DNA of 64,000 nucleotides from Octopus sinensis. Lineage: Eukaryota. Positions 50,327 through 63,552 of the stretch are shown here, in pieces. The stretch is from assembly GCF_006345805.1 (NCBI RefSeq), contig NW_021831850.1, positions 1-64,000 on the forward strand. The letters are read 5' to 3'. The notes beneath the pieces were generated by a model. It saw only the letters and a list, made by a program, of their open reading frames with translations, was not told the origin of the DNA and did not search any database. Both the position numbers and the translations under genes were made by a program. Numbering within the stretch: position 1 is the first letter of the stretch; each line of letters opens with the position of its first letter.

Positions 50327-50517
50327 CAGCATTAATAGTACTAGTAATAGTAGCAGTAGTAGTAGTAGTAATAACAATAATAACTGTAATAGAAGTAGTA
50401 GTAGTAATAGTAGTAGTAGTAGTAATAGTGATAGTAATAATATCAAAAATAATATAATAATAATATTAGAAGTAGTACTAGTAGTAGAAGTATTAGTATA
50501 AGTAATAAAAGTAATAG

Positions 50518-50556
<39 letters not shown>

Positions 50557-51027
50557 TAATGATAATAAAAATGATAATAATGATAGTAGTAGTACAACTA
50601 GTAGTAGTAGTAGTAATAGTAGTAGAAGTAGTAATAGTAGTAGTAGTAGTAATAGTAGTAGTAGTTGTAGTACTAGTAGCAGTAAATATCATAGTAATAG
50701 AAATATTAATAGTAATAGTAATAGTAATAATAATAATAATGATATTAATAATATTAATAATAATTATAATATTAATGATAATAATAAGAATAGTAGTAGT
50801 AGTAGTAGTAGTAGTTGTTGTTGTAGTAGTAGCAGTAAAATTAATTGTAATAGAAATAGTAATAGCAATAGTAATAGTAATAATATTAATAATAATAAAC
50901 ATAATAGTAGTAGTATAAGTAGTGGTATTAGTAGTAGTAGTAGTAGTAGTAGTAGCAGTTGTAGTATTAGTAGGATTAATAATAATATTAATGATAATGA
51001 TAATGATAATTAATAATAATAATAATG

Positions 51028-51086
<59 letters not shown>

Positions 51087-52051
51087 AAGAAGAATAGCAG
51101 TAGTAGTAGTAGTAGAAATAGTAATAGTAATAATAATAATAATAATAATAATATTAATATTATTAATAATGGTAGAAATAGTAGTAGTAGTATAAGTAGT
51201 AGTAGTAGTAATAGTAGTTGTAGTAGTAATAGTACTTGTAGTAATACTAATAATAATATTATTAATAATTGTAATAATAATAATAATTATTATTATTATA
51301 ATTATAATAATAATAATACTAGCAATCTTAGTAGTAGTAGTAGTAGTAGTAGTAGTAATAATAACAATAATAATAATAATATTAATAATATTAAAAATAA
51401 TAGTAGTAGTAGTAGTAATAGTGGTTGTATAAGTAGTAGTAGTAGTAGTAGTAATAGTAATAGTAATAATAATTATAATAATTATAATTATAGTAATAGT
51501 AGTAGCAATAGTAGTATATTATTAATAATAATAATAATATTAATAATAATAATTAATAATAATAATAATAGTAGTAGTATTAATAGTAGTTGTATAAGTA
51601 GTAGTAGTAGTAGTAGTATTGTAGTAGTAGTAGTAGTAATAATAGTAATAGTATAATAATAATATTAATAATAATAATTATGATAATAATTATAATAATA
51701 ATAATTATAGCAATAGTAGTATATATTAAAATAAGAATAAAATTAATAACAATAATAATAGTAGTAGTAGTAGTAGTACCAGTAGCAATACTAATAATAA
51801 TATTATTAATATTGTAATAATAATAATAATAATAATTATTATTATTATTATAATTATAATAATAATAATATTAGCAATCGTAGTAGTAGTAGTAGTAGTA
51901 GTAGTAATAATAATAATAGTAATAATATTAATAATAATAGTAGTAGTAGTAGTAGTAGTAGTAGTCGTAGTCGTAGTAGTAGTAGTAGTAGTAGTCGTCG
52001 TCGTAGTAGTAGTAGTTGTAGTAGTAATAGTAGTTAAAGTAATAATAATAA

Positions 52052-52083
<32 letters not shown>

Positions 52084-52137
52084 CCAGTAGCAATACTAAT
52101 AATAATATTATTAATAATTGTAATAATAATAATAATA

Positions 52138-52176
<39 letters not shown>

Positions 52177-52188
52177 ATATTAGCAATC

Positions 52189-52220
<32 letters not shown>

Positions 52221-53138
52221 TGTTGTTGTTGTTTTAGTCGTAGTAGTAGTAGTAGTAGTAGTCGTAGTAGTAGTAGTAGTAGTGTTTGCAATAGTAGTAG
52301 TTGTAGTAAAGGTAATAGTAATAATAATAATAATAATAATAATATTAATATTATTAATAATGGTAGAAATAGTAGTAGTAGTATAAGTAGTAGTAGTAGT
52401 AATAGTAGTTGTAGTAGTAATAGTACTTGTAGTAATACTAATAATAATATTATTAATAATTGTAATGATAATAATAATTATTATTATTATAATTATAATA
52501 ATAATAATACTAGCAATCTTAGTAGTAGTAGTAGTAGTAGTAGTAGTAATAATAACAATAATAATAATAATATTAATAATATTAAAAATAATAGTAGTAG
52601 TAGTAGTAATAGTGGTTGTATAAGTAGTAGTAGTAGTAGTAGTAGTAATAGTAATAGTAATAATAATTATAATAATTATAATTATAGTAATAGTAGTAGC
52701 AATAGTAGTATATTATTAATAATAATAATAATATTAATAATATTAATAATATTAAAAATAATAGTAGTAGTAGTATTAATAGTAGTTGTATAAGTAGTAG
52801 TAGTAGTAGTAGTAGTTGTAGTAGTAGTAGTAGTAATAATAGTAATAGTAATAATAATAATATTAATAATAATAATTATGATAATAATTATAATAATAAT
52901 AATTATAGCAATAGTAGTATATTATTAAAAATAAGAATAAAATTAATAACAATAATAATAGTAGTAGTAGTAGTAGTACCAGTAGCAATACTAATAATAA
53001 TATTATTAATAATTGTAATAATAATAATAATAATAATTATTATTATTATTATTATAATTATAATAATAATAATATTAGCAATCGTAGTAGTAGTAGTAGT
53101 AGTAGTAATAATAATAATAGTAATAATATTAATAATAA

Positions 53139-53169
<31 letters not shown>

Positions 53170-53344
53170 CGTAGTCGTAGTAGTAGTAGTAGTAGTAGTA
53201 GTCGTCGTCGTAGTAGTAGTAGTTGTAGTAGTAATAGTAGTTAAAGTAATAATAATAATAGTAGTAGTAGTAGTAGTAGTAGTACCAGTAGCAATACTAA
53301 TAATAATATTATTAATAATTGTAATAATAATAATAATAATAATA

Positions 53345-53379
<35 letters not shown>

Positions 53380-53394
53380 ATAATATTAGCAATC

Positions 53395-53429
<35 letters not shown>

Positions 53430-53603
53430 TGTTGTTGTTGTTTTAGTCGTAGTAGTAGTAGTAGTAGTAGTCGTAGTAGTAGTAGTAGTAGTGTTTGCAA
53501 TAGTAGTAGTTGTAGTAAAGGTAATAGTAATAATAATAATAATAATAATAATATTAGTAGTAGTAGTAGTAGTAGAAGTAATAGTAAAAGTAATAATAAT
53601 AAT

Positions 53604-53653
<50 letters not shown>

Positions 53654-53671
53654 TAATAGTAGTAGTAGTAA
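49263..53671. repeat. TAA/TAG compound microsatellite field with kb-scale internal duplications
   Basis: 49590-50130 ~ 50455-51000 (offset ~868); 51150-52340 ~ 52345-53540 (offset ~1190-1210). Confidence 0.95.
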
Positions 53672-54187
53672 TAGAGGGTGCCGACAGAGATTAAAGACGG
53701 TGCCGAAAGAGTTCAAAGAGGACGCCGAAAGCTGTCAAAGACGATGCCGAAAGTGTTGAAGGAGGGTCGCGAAAGAGATCAAAGAGCGTACCGACAGATA
53801 TCAAAGACGGTGCTGAAAGAGATCAAAGAGGACGCCGAAAGATTTCAAAGACGATGCCGAAAGAGTTGAAAGAGGGTCGCGAAAAAATCAAAGATGGTGC
53901 AAACATAGATCAAAGAGGGTCCCGACATAGTTCAAAAAGCCGACAGAAGTCAAAGACGGTCCTGAAAGAGACCATAGAGGGTGCCGACAGAGATCAAAGT
54001 GCGTGCCGACAGAGATCGAAGATGGTACCGAAAGAGATCTAAGAGGGTGCCGACAGAGATTAAAGACGGTGCCGAAAGAATTCAAAGATGGTGCAAACGT
54101 AAATCAATGAGGGTGCCGAAAGAGATCAAAGAGCGTGCCGACAGAGATTAAAGAGGAGTCCCGAAAGAAATTAAAGAGGGTCGCGAA
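53672..54187 (-). repeat. Inverted island of the 21-bp minisatellite
   Basis: 53775-54085 is a near-exact reverse complement of 48060-48365. Confidence 0.9.
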
Positions 54188-54288
54188 TGTACTAGTAGTA
54201 GCAGTAGTATTAGTAGCAGTAATATTAATTGTAATTGTAATATTAACAGTAATAGTAATTGTAATAATAATATTAATAATAATAATAA

Positions 54289-54319
<31 letters not shown>

Positions 54320-54704
54320 AATAATATTAATAATAATATTAATAATAATAATAATATTAATAATAAAATAATATTAATAATAATATTAATAATAATAATA
54401 ATAATAGTAGTATTAGTAGTAATAGTAACAGTAGTAGTAATAGTGATAGTAATAATAATAATGATAATAATATTAATAATAGTAGTAGTAGTTGAAGTAG
54501 TAGTATAAATATTAATAGTAATAAAAATAGTAATAATAATAATTATAATAATGATAATGATAGTAGTAGTAGTAATAGTTGTAGTAGTAGAAGTAGTAAT
54601 AGTAGTAGTTGTAGTAATGGAAAAAAAATAATAATGATAATAATAATAATACTAATAATAATATAAATAAAAGTAATGGTAATAATAATAATAATGATAT
54701 TAAT

Positions 54705-55133
54705 ATTAATGTTTCTTTATTAGCCACACAGGCCTGCACACAGATAGAACAAATTACAAGGTAGAGCTTTTCTTTTGAAGGTTTAAAAAAAAAAAAAGAA
54801 AAAAGAAAAGGAAGGGGGAGTTTCGATCAAAAGGGATCGTAAAAGGAGAGAAAGAGGACAAAAAAAAGGGGGGTTAAAAAAAAAGGGGGAGAGGAAAAAA
54901 AAATTGATCAATAGGGATCGTTATCACAGAAATGTCAATATGAAGTGTAAAGGGGAGGACAGGTGAGGTTTACCCGTGGAAAGAAAAGCCTACGGAAAAG
55001 ACCACGGTAACCTCGGACAATGAAGTCACATTTTATATTTCTTTTTTTTTGCAAATAAGCAACTCTCTGTTTTCGATTTCTGGGTTCATAGGACAATGCT
55101 CAAGGTGGCTTCGTCATTCATACGTGCCATTAT
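54705..55133 (-). mobile_element. Probable 3' end of an L1/Tx1-like LINE (last codons, 3' UTR, AATAAA)
   Basis: The minus strand reads MARMNDEATLSIVL*, then a pyrimidine-rich UTR and ...gtgtggctaataaagaaacatt. The assignment rests on recalled similarity only. Confidence 0.4.
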
Positions 55134-55136
55134 TAA

Positions 55137-55198
<62 letters not shown>

Positions 55199-55523
55199 TA
55201 GTAGTAGTAGTAGTAGTAGTAGTACTAGTAGTAGTAGTAGTAGTAGTAGTAGGTGTAGGAGTAGTATTAGTAGTAATATTAATAGTAATAATAATAATAA
55301 AAATAATAATATTAATGATAATGATAATGATAATGAAAATAATAATATTAACAATAATGATAAAATTAATAATAATAATAATGATAAAAACATTATTAGT
55401 AATAGTTGTAGTAGTAGTAGTAGTAATAGTAATAGTAATTGTAATAATAATATTAATAATAATTATAGTAGTAGTAGTTGTAGTTGTTGTAGTAGTAGTA
55501 ATATTAATAGTAATATTAGTAGT

Positions 55524-55554
<31 letters not shown>

Positions 55555-55580
55555 GTAGTAGTATTGTTGTAACAGAAGTA

Positions 55581-55617
<37 letters not shown>

Positions 55618-56000
55618 AATTAGTATTAGTATTAGTAATAATATTAATAATAATAATAATAGTAGTAATAATAATAAGAATTAGAATAATATTAATAATA
55701 ATAGTAGAAGTAGTAGTAATAGTAGTAGTTGTAATAGTAATAGTAGTATTAGTAGTAGTAGTAGTCGTAGTAATAATAATAATAATGATAATAAAAATAA
55801 TAATGATAAAAATAATAATAAGATTAATAATGGCAGTAGTAGTAGTTGTAGTAATTGTAGTAGAAGTAATAGTAATTGTAATAATACTAATAATAATAAT
55901 AATAAGAATAAGAATAAGAATGATATTAATAATAGTACTTGTATAGTATTAATAGTAGTAGTAGTAGCATTAGTAGTAGTAGTAATATTAATGATAATAT

Positions 56001-56032
<32 letters not shown>

Positions 56033-57318
56033 TAATAATAATGATAATAATAATAAGAATAGTAGTAGTAGTAGTAGTAGTAAAAATAATAATAATATTA
56101 ATAATAATAATAATAATGTTAATATTAATATTAATAATGATAATAATAATAGTAGTAGTAGTAGTAGGTGTAGTGGTAGTTGTAGTAGTAATAGTAATAT
56201 TAATGCTAATAGTAATAATAATAGTAATAGTAATTTTAATAATAATAATAATAATAATAATATTTGTAGTAGTAGTAGTAGTAGTAGAAATAATAGTAAT
56301 AAATATAATCATCATAATAATATTAATAATTATAATAATAATAATATTAATAATAATAATAATAGCAGTAGTAGTAGTAGTAGTAGTAGTTGTAGTTTTA
56401 TTGGTTGTAATAGAAATAATAATAATAATAATAATAATGATAATAGTAGTAGTAGTAGAAGAAGTAGTAGTAATAGTAGTAGTAGTAGTAGTCGTAGTAA
56501 CAGTAGTAGTAATAGTGGTAGTAGTAGTACTACTGCTAGTAGTAGTATTTAAGGTAATAGTTATATTAATAATAAAAATAATAATAACAATAATAATAAT
56601 ATCATGAATAATATTAGTTGTAGTAGTAGTAGTAGTAGTGTTATTATTATTATTATTATTATTATCATTATTATATTATCTATCATTATCATTTTCATTA
56701 TCTTTATCATTATTATTACTATTACTACTACTACTACTATTACTACCACTACTACTACTACTACCACTACTACTACTACTAATAATAATAATAATAATAA
56801 TAATGATAATAATAATAATAATAATATTAATAATAATAATAATAATAATAGTAGTAGGAGTAGTAGTAATAGTAATTGTAATAATAATAAGTATAGTAGT
56901 AGTAGTAGTAGTAGTTATAATAATAATAATATTAATAATAATATTAAGGATAATAATAATAACATTAAAAATGATTATAATAACATTAACCGGAGTAGTA
57001 GTAGTAGTAATAGTATTTTAATAGTATATTATTAATAACTATAATAATAATAGTGATAATAATAATGGTAGTAGTAGTATTAGTTGTTGTTGTAGTAGTA
57101 TTAATGGTAATGGTAATAATAATAGTAACAATAACAATACAAATAATAGTAGTAGTAGTTGTAGTAGAAGTAGTACTTTTATTATTACTATTAATATTTC
57201 AATTATTATTACGGGTACTATTACTACTACTATTATTATTAATATTATTAGTATTATTATTATTATTATTAATACTATTACAATTACTACTACTACTACT
57301 AATACTTCTACAAGTATA

Positions 57319-57351
<33 letters not shown>

Positions 57352-57584
57352 GTTATCATTATTATTATTACTATGACAAATACTATTACTATTATTATTA
57401 TTAATAATATTATTATTATTGTTATTATCATAATCATTATCAATATTATTATTATTATTATTATCATTATTGCTATTACCATTACTATAAAAATTATTAA
57501 TACCATTACAATTACTACTATTACTACTAATACTATTACTAATATTATTATTGTTATTATAAATATTGTTATTTCTATATTATT

Positions 57585-57621
<37 letters not shown>

Positions 57622-58007
57622 GTAGTAATAGCAGTAGAAGTATTAGATGTAACAGTAGTAGTAGTAGTCATAGTAGTAATATTATTATCATTAGTAGTAG
57701 TAGTCGTCCTAATAGTAGTGCTAGTAGTATTAGTAGGATTAGTAATGGTAATAATAGTAAAATTAATAGTAATAGTAATAGTAATAATAATAATAATAAT
57801 ACTAATGGTAATGATAATTATGGGAGTAGAAGTAGTAGTAGTACTGTTACTAATACTATTACTATTAATATTTCAACTACTACTCCTACTACTACTACTA
57901 CTACTACTACTAATATTATTCTTATTATTATCATTATTATTATTACTATTACTACGACAACTACTACTACTACAATTAAACTACTACTAGTACTGTTGTT
58001 ATTATTA

Positions 58008-58042
<35 letters not shown>

Positions 58043-58656
58043 ATCACTATTATTATTATTATTATTATTATCTTTATTACTATTACTGCTGCCACTAAAA
58101 CTACTAATGCTACTACTATTACTATAATTATTATTATTATAATTATTATCATAATAATAATAATTATTTTTATTATTACTACTATTACTATTACTATTAT
58201 TACTACTACTACTACTACTAACTACTACTACTACTACTACTTTTCCTTCTGCTAATACTACTACTGCTACTACTACTACTACTACTACTATTGATATCAT
58301 TATAATTATAATTATAATTATTATTATTAGTATTATTATTATCATTATCATTATTAGTATTATTAATATTATTATTATTACAATTAATATTACTATTACA
58401 ATTACTATTATTAATTCTACTATTATTACTATTACTACTACTAATACTACTACTACTACTATTATTATTATTATTATTATTATAATTATTAATATTTATA
58501 TTAATTATAATAATAATAATATTAATAATAATATGAAGAAGAAGAATAGGAGTAGTAGTAATTGTTGTAGTAGTTGTTGTAGCAGCAGTAGTAGTAGTTG
58601 TTGTAGTAGCCATAGTAGTAGTAGTAGTAGTAGTAGTAGTATTAATAGTAGAAATC

Positions 58657-58689
<33 letters not shown>

Positions 58690-59057
58690 ATAATAAAATA
58701 ATTCTAATAATAATAATGATGATATTAATTATAGGAATAATAATAATGATAGTAGTACTAGTTGTAGTAGTATAAGTAGTAGTAGTTTTAGGAGCATTAG
58801 CAGCAGTAGTAGTAGTAGTAGTCGTAGTAGTAGTAGTAGTAGTTGTAGTAGTAGTATTAGCAGCAATAGTAGTAGCAGCAGTCGTAGTAGTAGTAGTAAT
58901 AGTGGTAATAGTAGTAGTAGTAGTAATAGTAGTAGTAATAGTGTTAATATTATCCTTATTATTATCTTTGTTATTATAATCATTATTATTATTATTATTA
59001 GTATTTTTATTGTTGTTATTATTATTATAATTATCATCAATATCATTATTATTATTA

Positions 59058-59091
<34 letters not shown>
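55134..59091. repeat. TAA/TAG/TTA/CTA compound microsatellite field with repeated polarity switches
   Basis: Directly visible. Confidence 0.95.
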
Positions 59092-59093
<2 letters not shown>

Positions 59094-62000
59094 TATGTTT
59101 GACTTTTGCTTTATGTCTGTACAAGTTGGCTCCAAGTCTCACCCAGAGACCTCAAGAGACAACAGGTTGGAAGTTCTGTGCCATATATTTGGGGGGTTTT
59201 TTGTTGTTTTTTTGGTGTTGTACTAGTGAATGTCTTATACATACAAAAAAATAAATAAATAAATATAAAAATAAAAATAAAAATAAAAAAAGTTTGTTTT
59301 AAACCTTCGGATTACATAGAGAGTATTTTGCGTAGGATATGAGCAGTTCCCATGAGCACTATCTTTTGAATTTCTGCCATTTTGGGGTTTCCTGTTATCT
59401 GAGTTAGGTAGCAATCAGTCCCTTTCGCTATCATTCCCAGGGCACCTATGACAACAGGTATTGTTTTAGTCTTCAGCTTCCACATTTTGCTGATTTCTAT
59501 TTCAAGATCTTTATATTTGCTCAGTTTTTGGTAGGTCTTGACAGATACTTTTATATCGATTGGGACAGTCATATCAATGAGGAGGCATGTTCTTTTTCTG
59601 AAGTCTTTCAATATGATGTCAGGCCTATTTGCATCTATCTTCCTGTCAGTTTGAATGGTGAAGTTCCAGAGGAGTGAGATGTGGTAATTTTCAAGCACTG
59701 GAGGTGGATTGTGTTCCCACCAGTTTTTTTCATGGGGCAAATCCAGGTTTTTGCAAATTACCCAGTGAATATATTGTGCAGCTCTATCATGCCTATTGAG
59801 GTACTCTGTAGGCGCTAGAAGACTGCATTTGGAGACAACATGATCAATGGTTTCATTTTGTTGTCGGCATACACGACATGCTGGGCTACTGCCGTTCTTT
59901 AATATGTTGGCCTGGTAGTTTCTTGTTGGTAGGCATTGATCTTGAGCTGCTATGATAAACCCCTCTGTTTCAGATTTTAAGCCAGAGGCCATTAGCCATT
60001 GATGGGTCAGGGCTTTGTCGATATCTGCATTATTCGCTCTCTTTGGGTATTTGCCATACAGAGGTTTTTCTTGCCATTTATTATTCAGAATATCTAAGGC
60101 CGCAGTTTTGGCACGGGTTTTCATGCGCCTAGCTTTTTCTGTGCTTGTTTCTTGTATGTCTATCTCTAATTCCGAAATTGGTTGTATTCGGAATTCACTT
60201 AGATATTCCTTTGCCTGTTTTGTGACTGAGTATGATGCTTTATTGTTTTCATGTTTTGAGACAAGTTTTAACATCCAGTCCTCAGAGTTTTTCAGGTAGG
60301 TGTCTAGGTCAATTGTAGCAATCTTCATTGTTATTGCCAGTTGCAAAAGACCACGGCCTCCCTCTTTTCTTGGCAGATATAATCGTTCTGTATCTGCCTT
60401 AGGGTGGTGCATTCTATGCATTGTCAACAGTTTCCTTATTTTTCTGTCAAACTGACATATTTCAGTAATTGACCAGTTAACGATATTGAATCTGTAAGTC
60501 ACGACTGGTATGGCTAATGCATTGATCGCTTCGATCCTGTTTCTTGCATTCAGCTCTGTCTTGAGTATTGCTCTCACTCTTCGATAGCATTCTCTCCTGA
60601 TCCTTTCCTTCATCTCTGAATGCCTTATTCCGTTCCCCTCAATTACCCCTAAGTACTTGTAGCTCTCCGCTGGGTCTAGTTCTTTTATGACATTCTGCTG
60701 GTCAAGGTTAACGTTAGATGTTTCTGTCATTTTCCCTTTGATAAAGGTAGCTTTTGCACATTTATCGAAGCCGAATTGCATTCTGATGTCGTCACTGAAT
60801 TGTTTGACTATCGCTAGTAAGCCCTTGAGTTGTTGGTCCTTTTTTGCAAAAAGCTTTAAATCATCCATGTAAATGAGATGATTTATATTTTTATCAAACA
60901 TTTTATACCCGTACTGCGCATCATTGAGCAGCTTTGAGAGAGGTATTAAGAATAAACAAAAGAGGAGTGGTGACAGTGAGTCACCCTTGAAAATGCCACA
61001 CGAAATTTTTACATCACCAGCATTTAGGGATTCATTGTCACTGTTCAGAGTTAGTGTGGTTCTCCATGATCTCATACTTACAGTCAAAAAGTTTCGCAGA
61101 GTAGGTGCTATCTTATACATTTCCAGGCATTTCCTAATCCAGCTATGTGGTAGGCTATCAAAAGCCTTTTTATAGTCTACCCAGGCTATTGATACGTTTT
61201 TGTGTCGTTTGTGACAATCTTCTAAGATCATCTTATTGATGAGTAGTTGGTCTTTACAGCCGTAGGATCCACGTTTACATCCTTTCTATTCATTAGGGAA
61301 TATGCTGCTGTCTGTTAAAAAACTATAGGTATATTCCGTCAGGACATATGTTAGCGTTTTGTACATAGTTGTTAAGCAGGTTATGGGTCTATATTTTTTT
61401 GGTTCATTTGTTTCTTCACTTTTTGGAAGCAGGAATGTTAACCCATTAAGTAGCCAAGGAGGCATCCTACTAGGGTGTTGCAAAACATCATTGTACAGTT
61501 CTGTTAGCAGTTCATGGCTCTCTGGGAAGGCATTCAGCCAGAAGTTAGGAATTTTATCCTTTCCTGGAGACTTCCATTTGCTTGACCTCCTGAGAGCAGA
61601 TCTTATATCTTCTACCTTGACACCCTCCCACTTTTGCTCTTCTAAGGGGTCCAGTTCTGTAGATATTCTGTCAATCCAGGGGACCTTTTCGTTGTGTGTT
61701 TTTTCTTCTGCCCAGATTTTATTCCAAAATCCCTGCACTTCTTCTTTTGATGGTACAGACCTTGCAGTAAACGCTGTTTTTCTTATCTTCGTGTAAAAAT
61801 TCTTGGTGCTATTTTTGAACATGTTGTTGTCCTTGAAAGATCTAACACGTTTTTCATACCTCGCTATGCGGGCAGCTTTGGCAGATACCTTTTGTTTGAT
61901 GGTTTCTATGGTGGCATCAATATCAAGTGTAGTTTTCATATTGTATTTTTTCAATAATTTTTGGGATTTTGTAGGGTTGGTAGTCTTGTGAGCCTTAAGG

Positions 62001-63250
62001 TTTTTCAAATATTCAATGTCAGATCTAAATATTTTAATTTGTTGTTGCAGACGCTCTTGCCAAGAAGGCTTTTTGTGGGAATGTTGCCGTTTTCTAATCT
62101 TTACACCACATAGGATCGTTGAGATTTTCGCGGATGCATAGTATAGGTGGTTGGGGTTTGTGATATCAACATCATTAGCTGAAATTATATCCTTAAGTGC
62201 AAGCCGGATTTTACCAATTATTTTCATGTTTTGGTTAGAGTTGCGGATTTTAGGAAGTGTATCACGTTCATCCATGCTGGTTTCTTTAATTTTCAGCCAT
62301 TCAATCATGATTTGATTTTTTAGCTCATGTAGTTCTGTTGGGTCAATATTTGTATGACTTTCTTTATCTATTTGATGCTCATCTATCTTAGTGTTTATGA
62401 TTGGTTCAGGGAGTATTTCACTTTGCCTATCACTTATACTAACTCTTTCAATCCTCACTTCGTTTTTATCAGCCCTGGGCTGGTCTATAATTATTTCCTC
62501 TGTATTATCTTCTCTAGCCCTAGCTTCGTTCATTTTATCCGATATTGCTTGTCTAACTTGATCAATCTCTACTTCAGTCAATAATTTTTTTTATAATGTT
62601 TCTTCTGACGTTGGCAAGTTTGTTACTGTCTATGTAGGGTCTTACTTCAGGGTGTTTCTGTCTCCAGTTTAAGTATGCTTGTACAGTGTTAGATTTATCT
62701 GTGGGGAAATATATGGCATGGTAGAAGGCCTCAAGAACTTCTTTATTATCTTCCCTAGACCATTTCTCCTTCTTTTTCTTTTGATCATTTGGTGATGAGC
62801 ATGGATGGCCATCTGTTGGAATATTCCGGTTGTGGGGTACGTCCAGCTCCTGTGTGTTGGGAAGATTTGATCCAGTAGCTGATTTTTCAATCAGAATTTG
62901 GTTCAATTTTCGGGTACGTGGTCTTTTGTAATCCGCGCAACGACCAATGCGGTTTATTGTTTGATTTGTTGACCTTAAAGCATGACGAGCATCCATTCTT
63001 ATATTAGGAGATGGATCTGTCAGTTTAGGGTTCTCTACATGTAAGCATTGCTCATAGCGCAGCTTCTTAAGACTAGCAGATCTATATTCGTCTGTAATTT
63101 TTTTGTTGATAGTTATATCTCCGAACATTTTTTTTCCTCCTCTTCCTTTCTTCAAGGCGCACTCTACCTGTATTAGTTCGAAATAATGAGAATAAAATAC
63201 GGAGAAGGAAACGAAAAGAAAGGGAAAAAGACGGGATCTGTCAGTTATTA
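59092..63250 (-). mobile_element. R4/Dong-clade non-LTR retrotransposon (RLE endonuclease), near full length, (TAA)n tail
   Basis: N-terminal KWSREDNKEVLEAFY...WR...NKLANVRRNI; [37 protein letters not shown]; [18 protein letters not shown]; [21 protein letters not shown]. The 3' UTR ends in (taa)n. Confidence 0.92.
59312..63128 (-). pseudogene. Dong/R4 single ORF broken by one frameshift (A8 run, 62585-62592) and one nonsense codon (TAG at 61286-61288 in E-Q-K-G-C)
   Basis: ORFs 61286-62581 and 59312-61231 are in the same frame, separated by TAG plus 18 codons ([18 protein letters not shown]). Confidence 0.88.
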
Positions 63251-63552
63251 TTGTTATTACTATCACCTTCACCACCATCACCATCATCAGCAACATCATC
63301 AGCAACATCACCATCACCATCATCATCAACAATGACATTGTTTTATGTGTAGCCACAGCCACCATCAACACTCCATTGTGTTAGAGAATAGCTGGTTAAA
63401 GAATTCATGTTCTTTGGGTCTATAAATAGATTCGGCAGAGGGTGGAGGCAAAGGACGATCATTATTTTTATTATTTTTCTTCTTCTTATTATTATTATTA
63501 TTAATAATATTTTCATTATTATTATTATCATTATCATTATTATTATTATTCA

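Noticed and set aside
49180-59142. Many 100-290 aa low-complexity ORFs in the TAA/TAG field
   Set aside because: Same artefact: no domain content and no splice structure.
63120-63480. Ribozyme (HDV-like or hammerhead) at the 5' end of the Dong element
   Set aside because: I looked because R2-group elements can carry one. A ttgaagaa word is present, but I could not build stem II/GAAA or a nested pseudoknot by eye.
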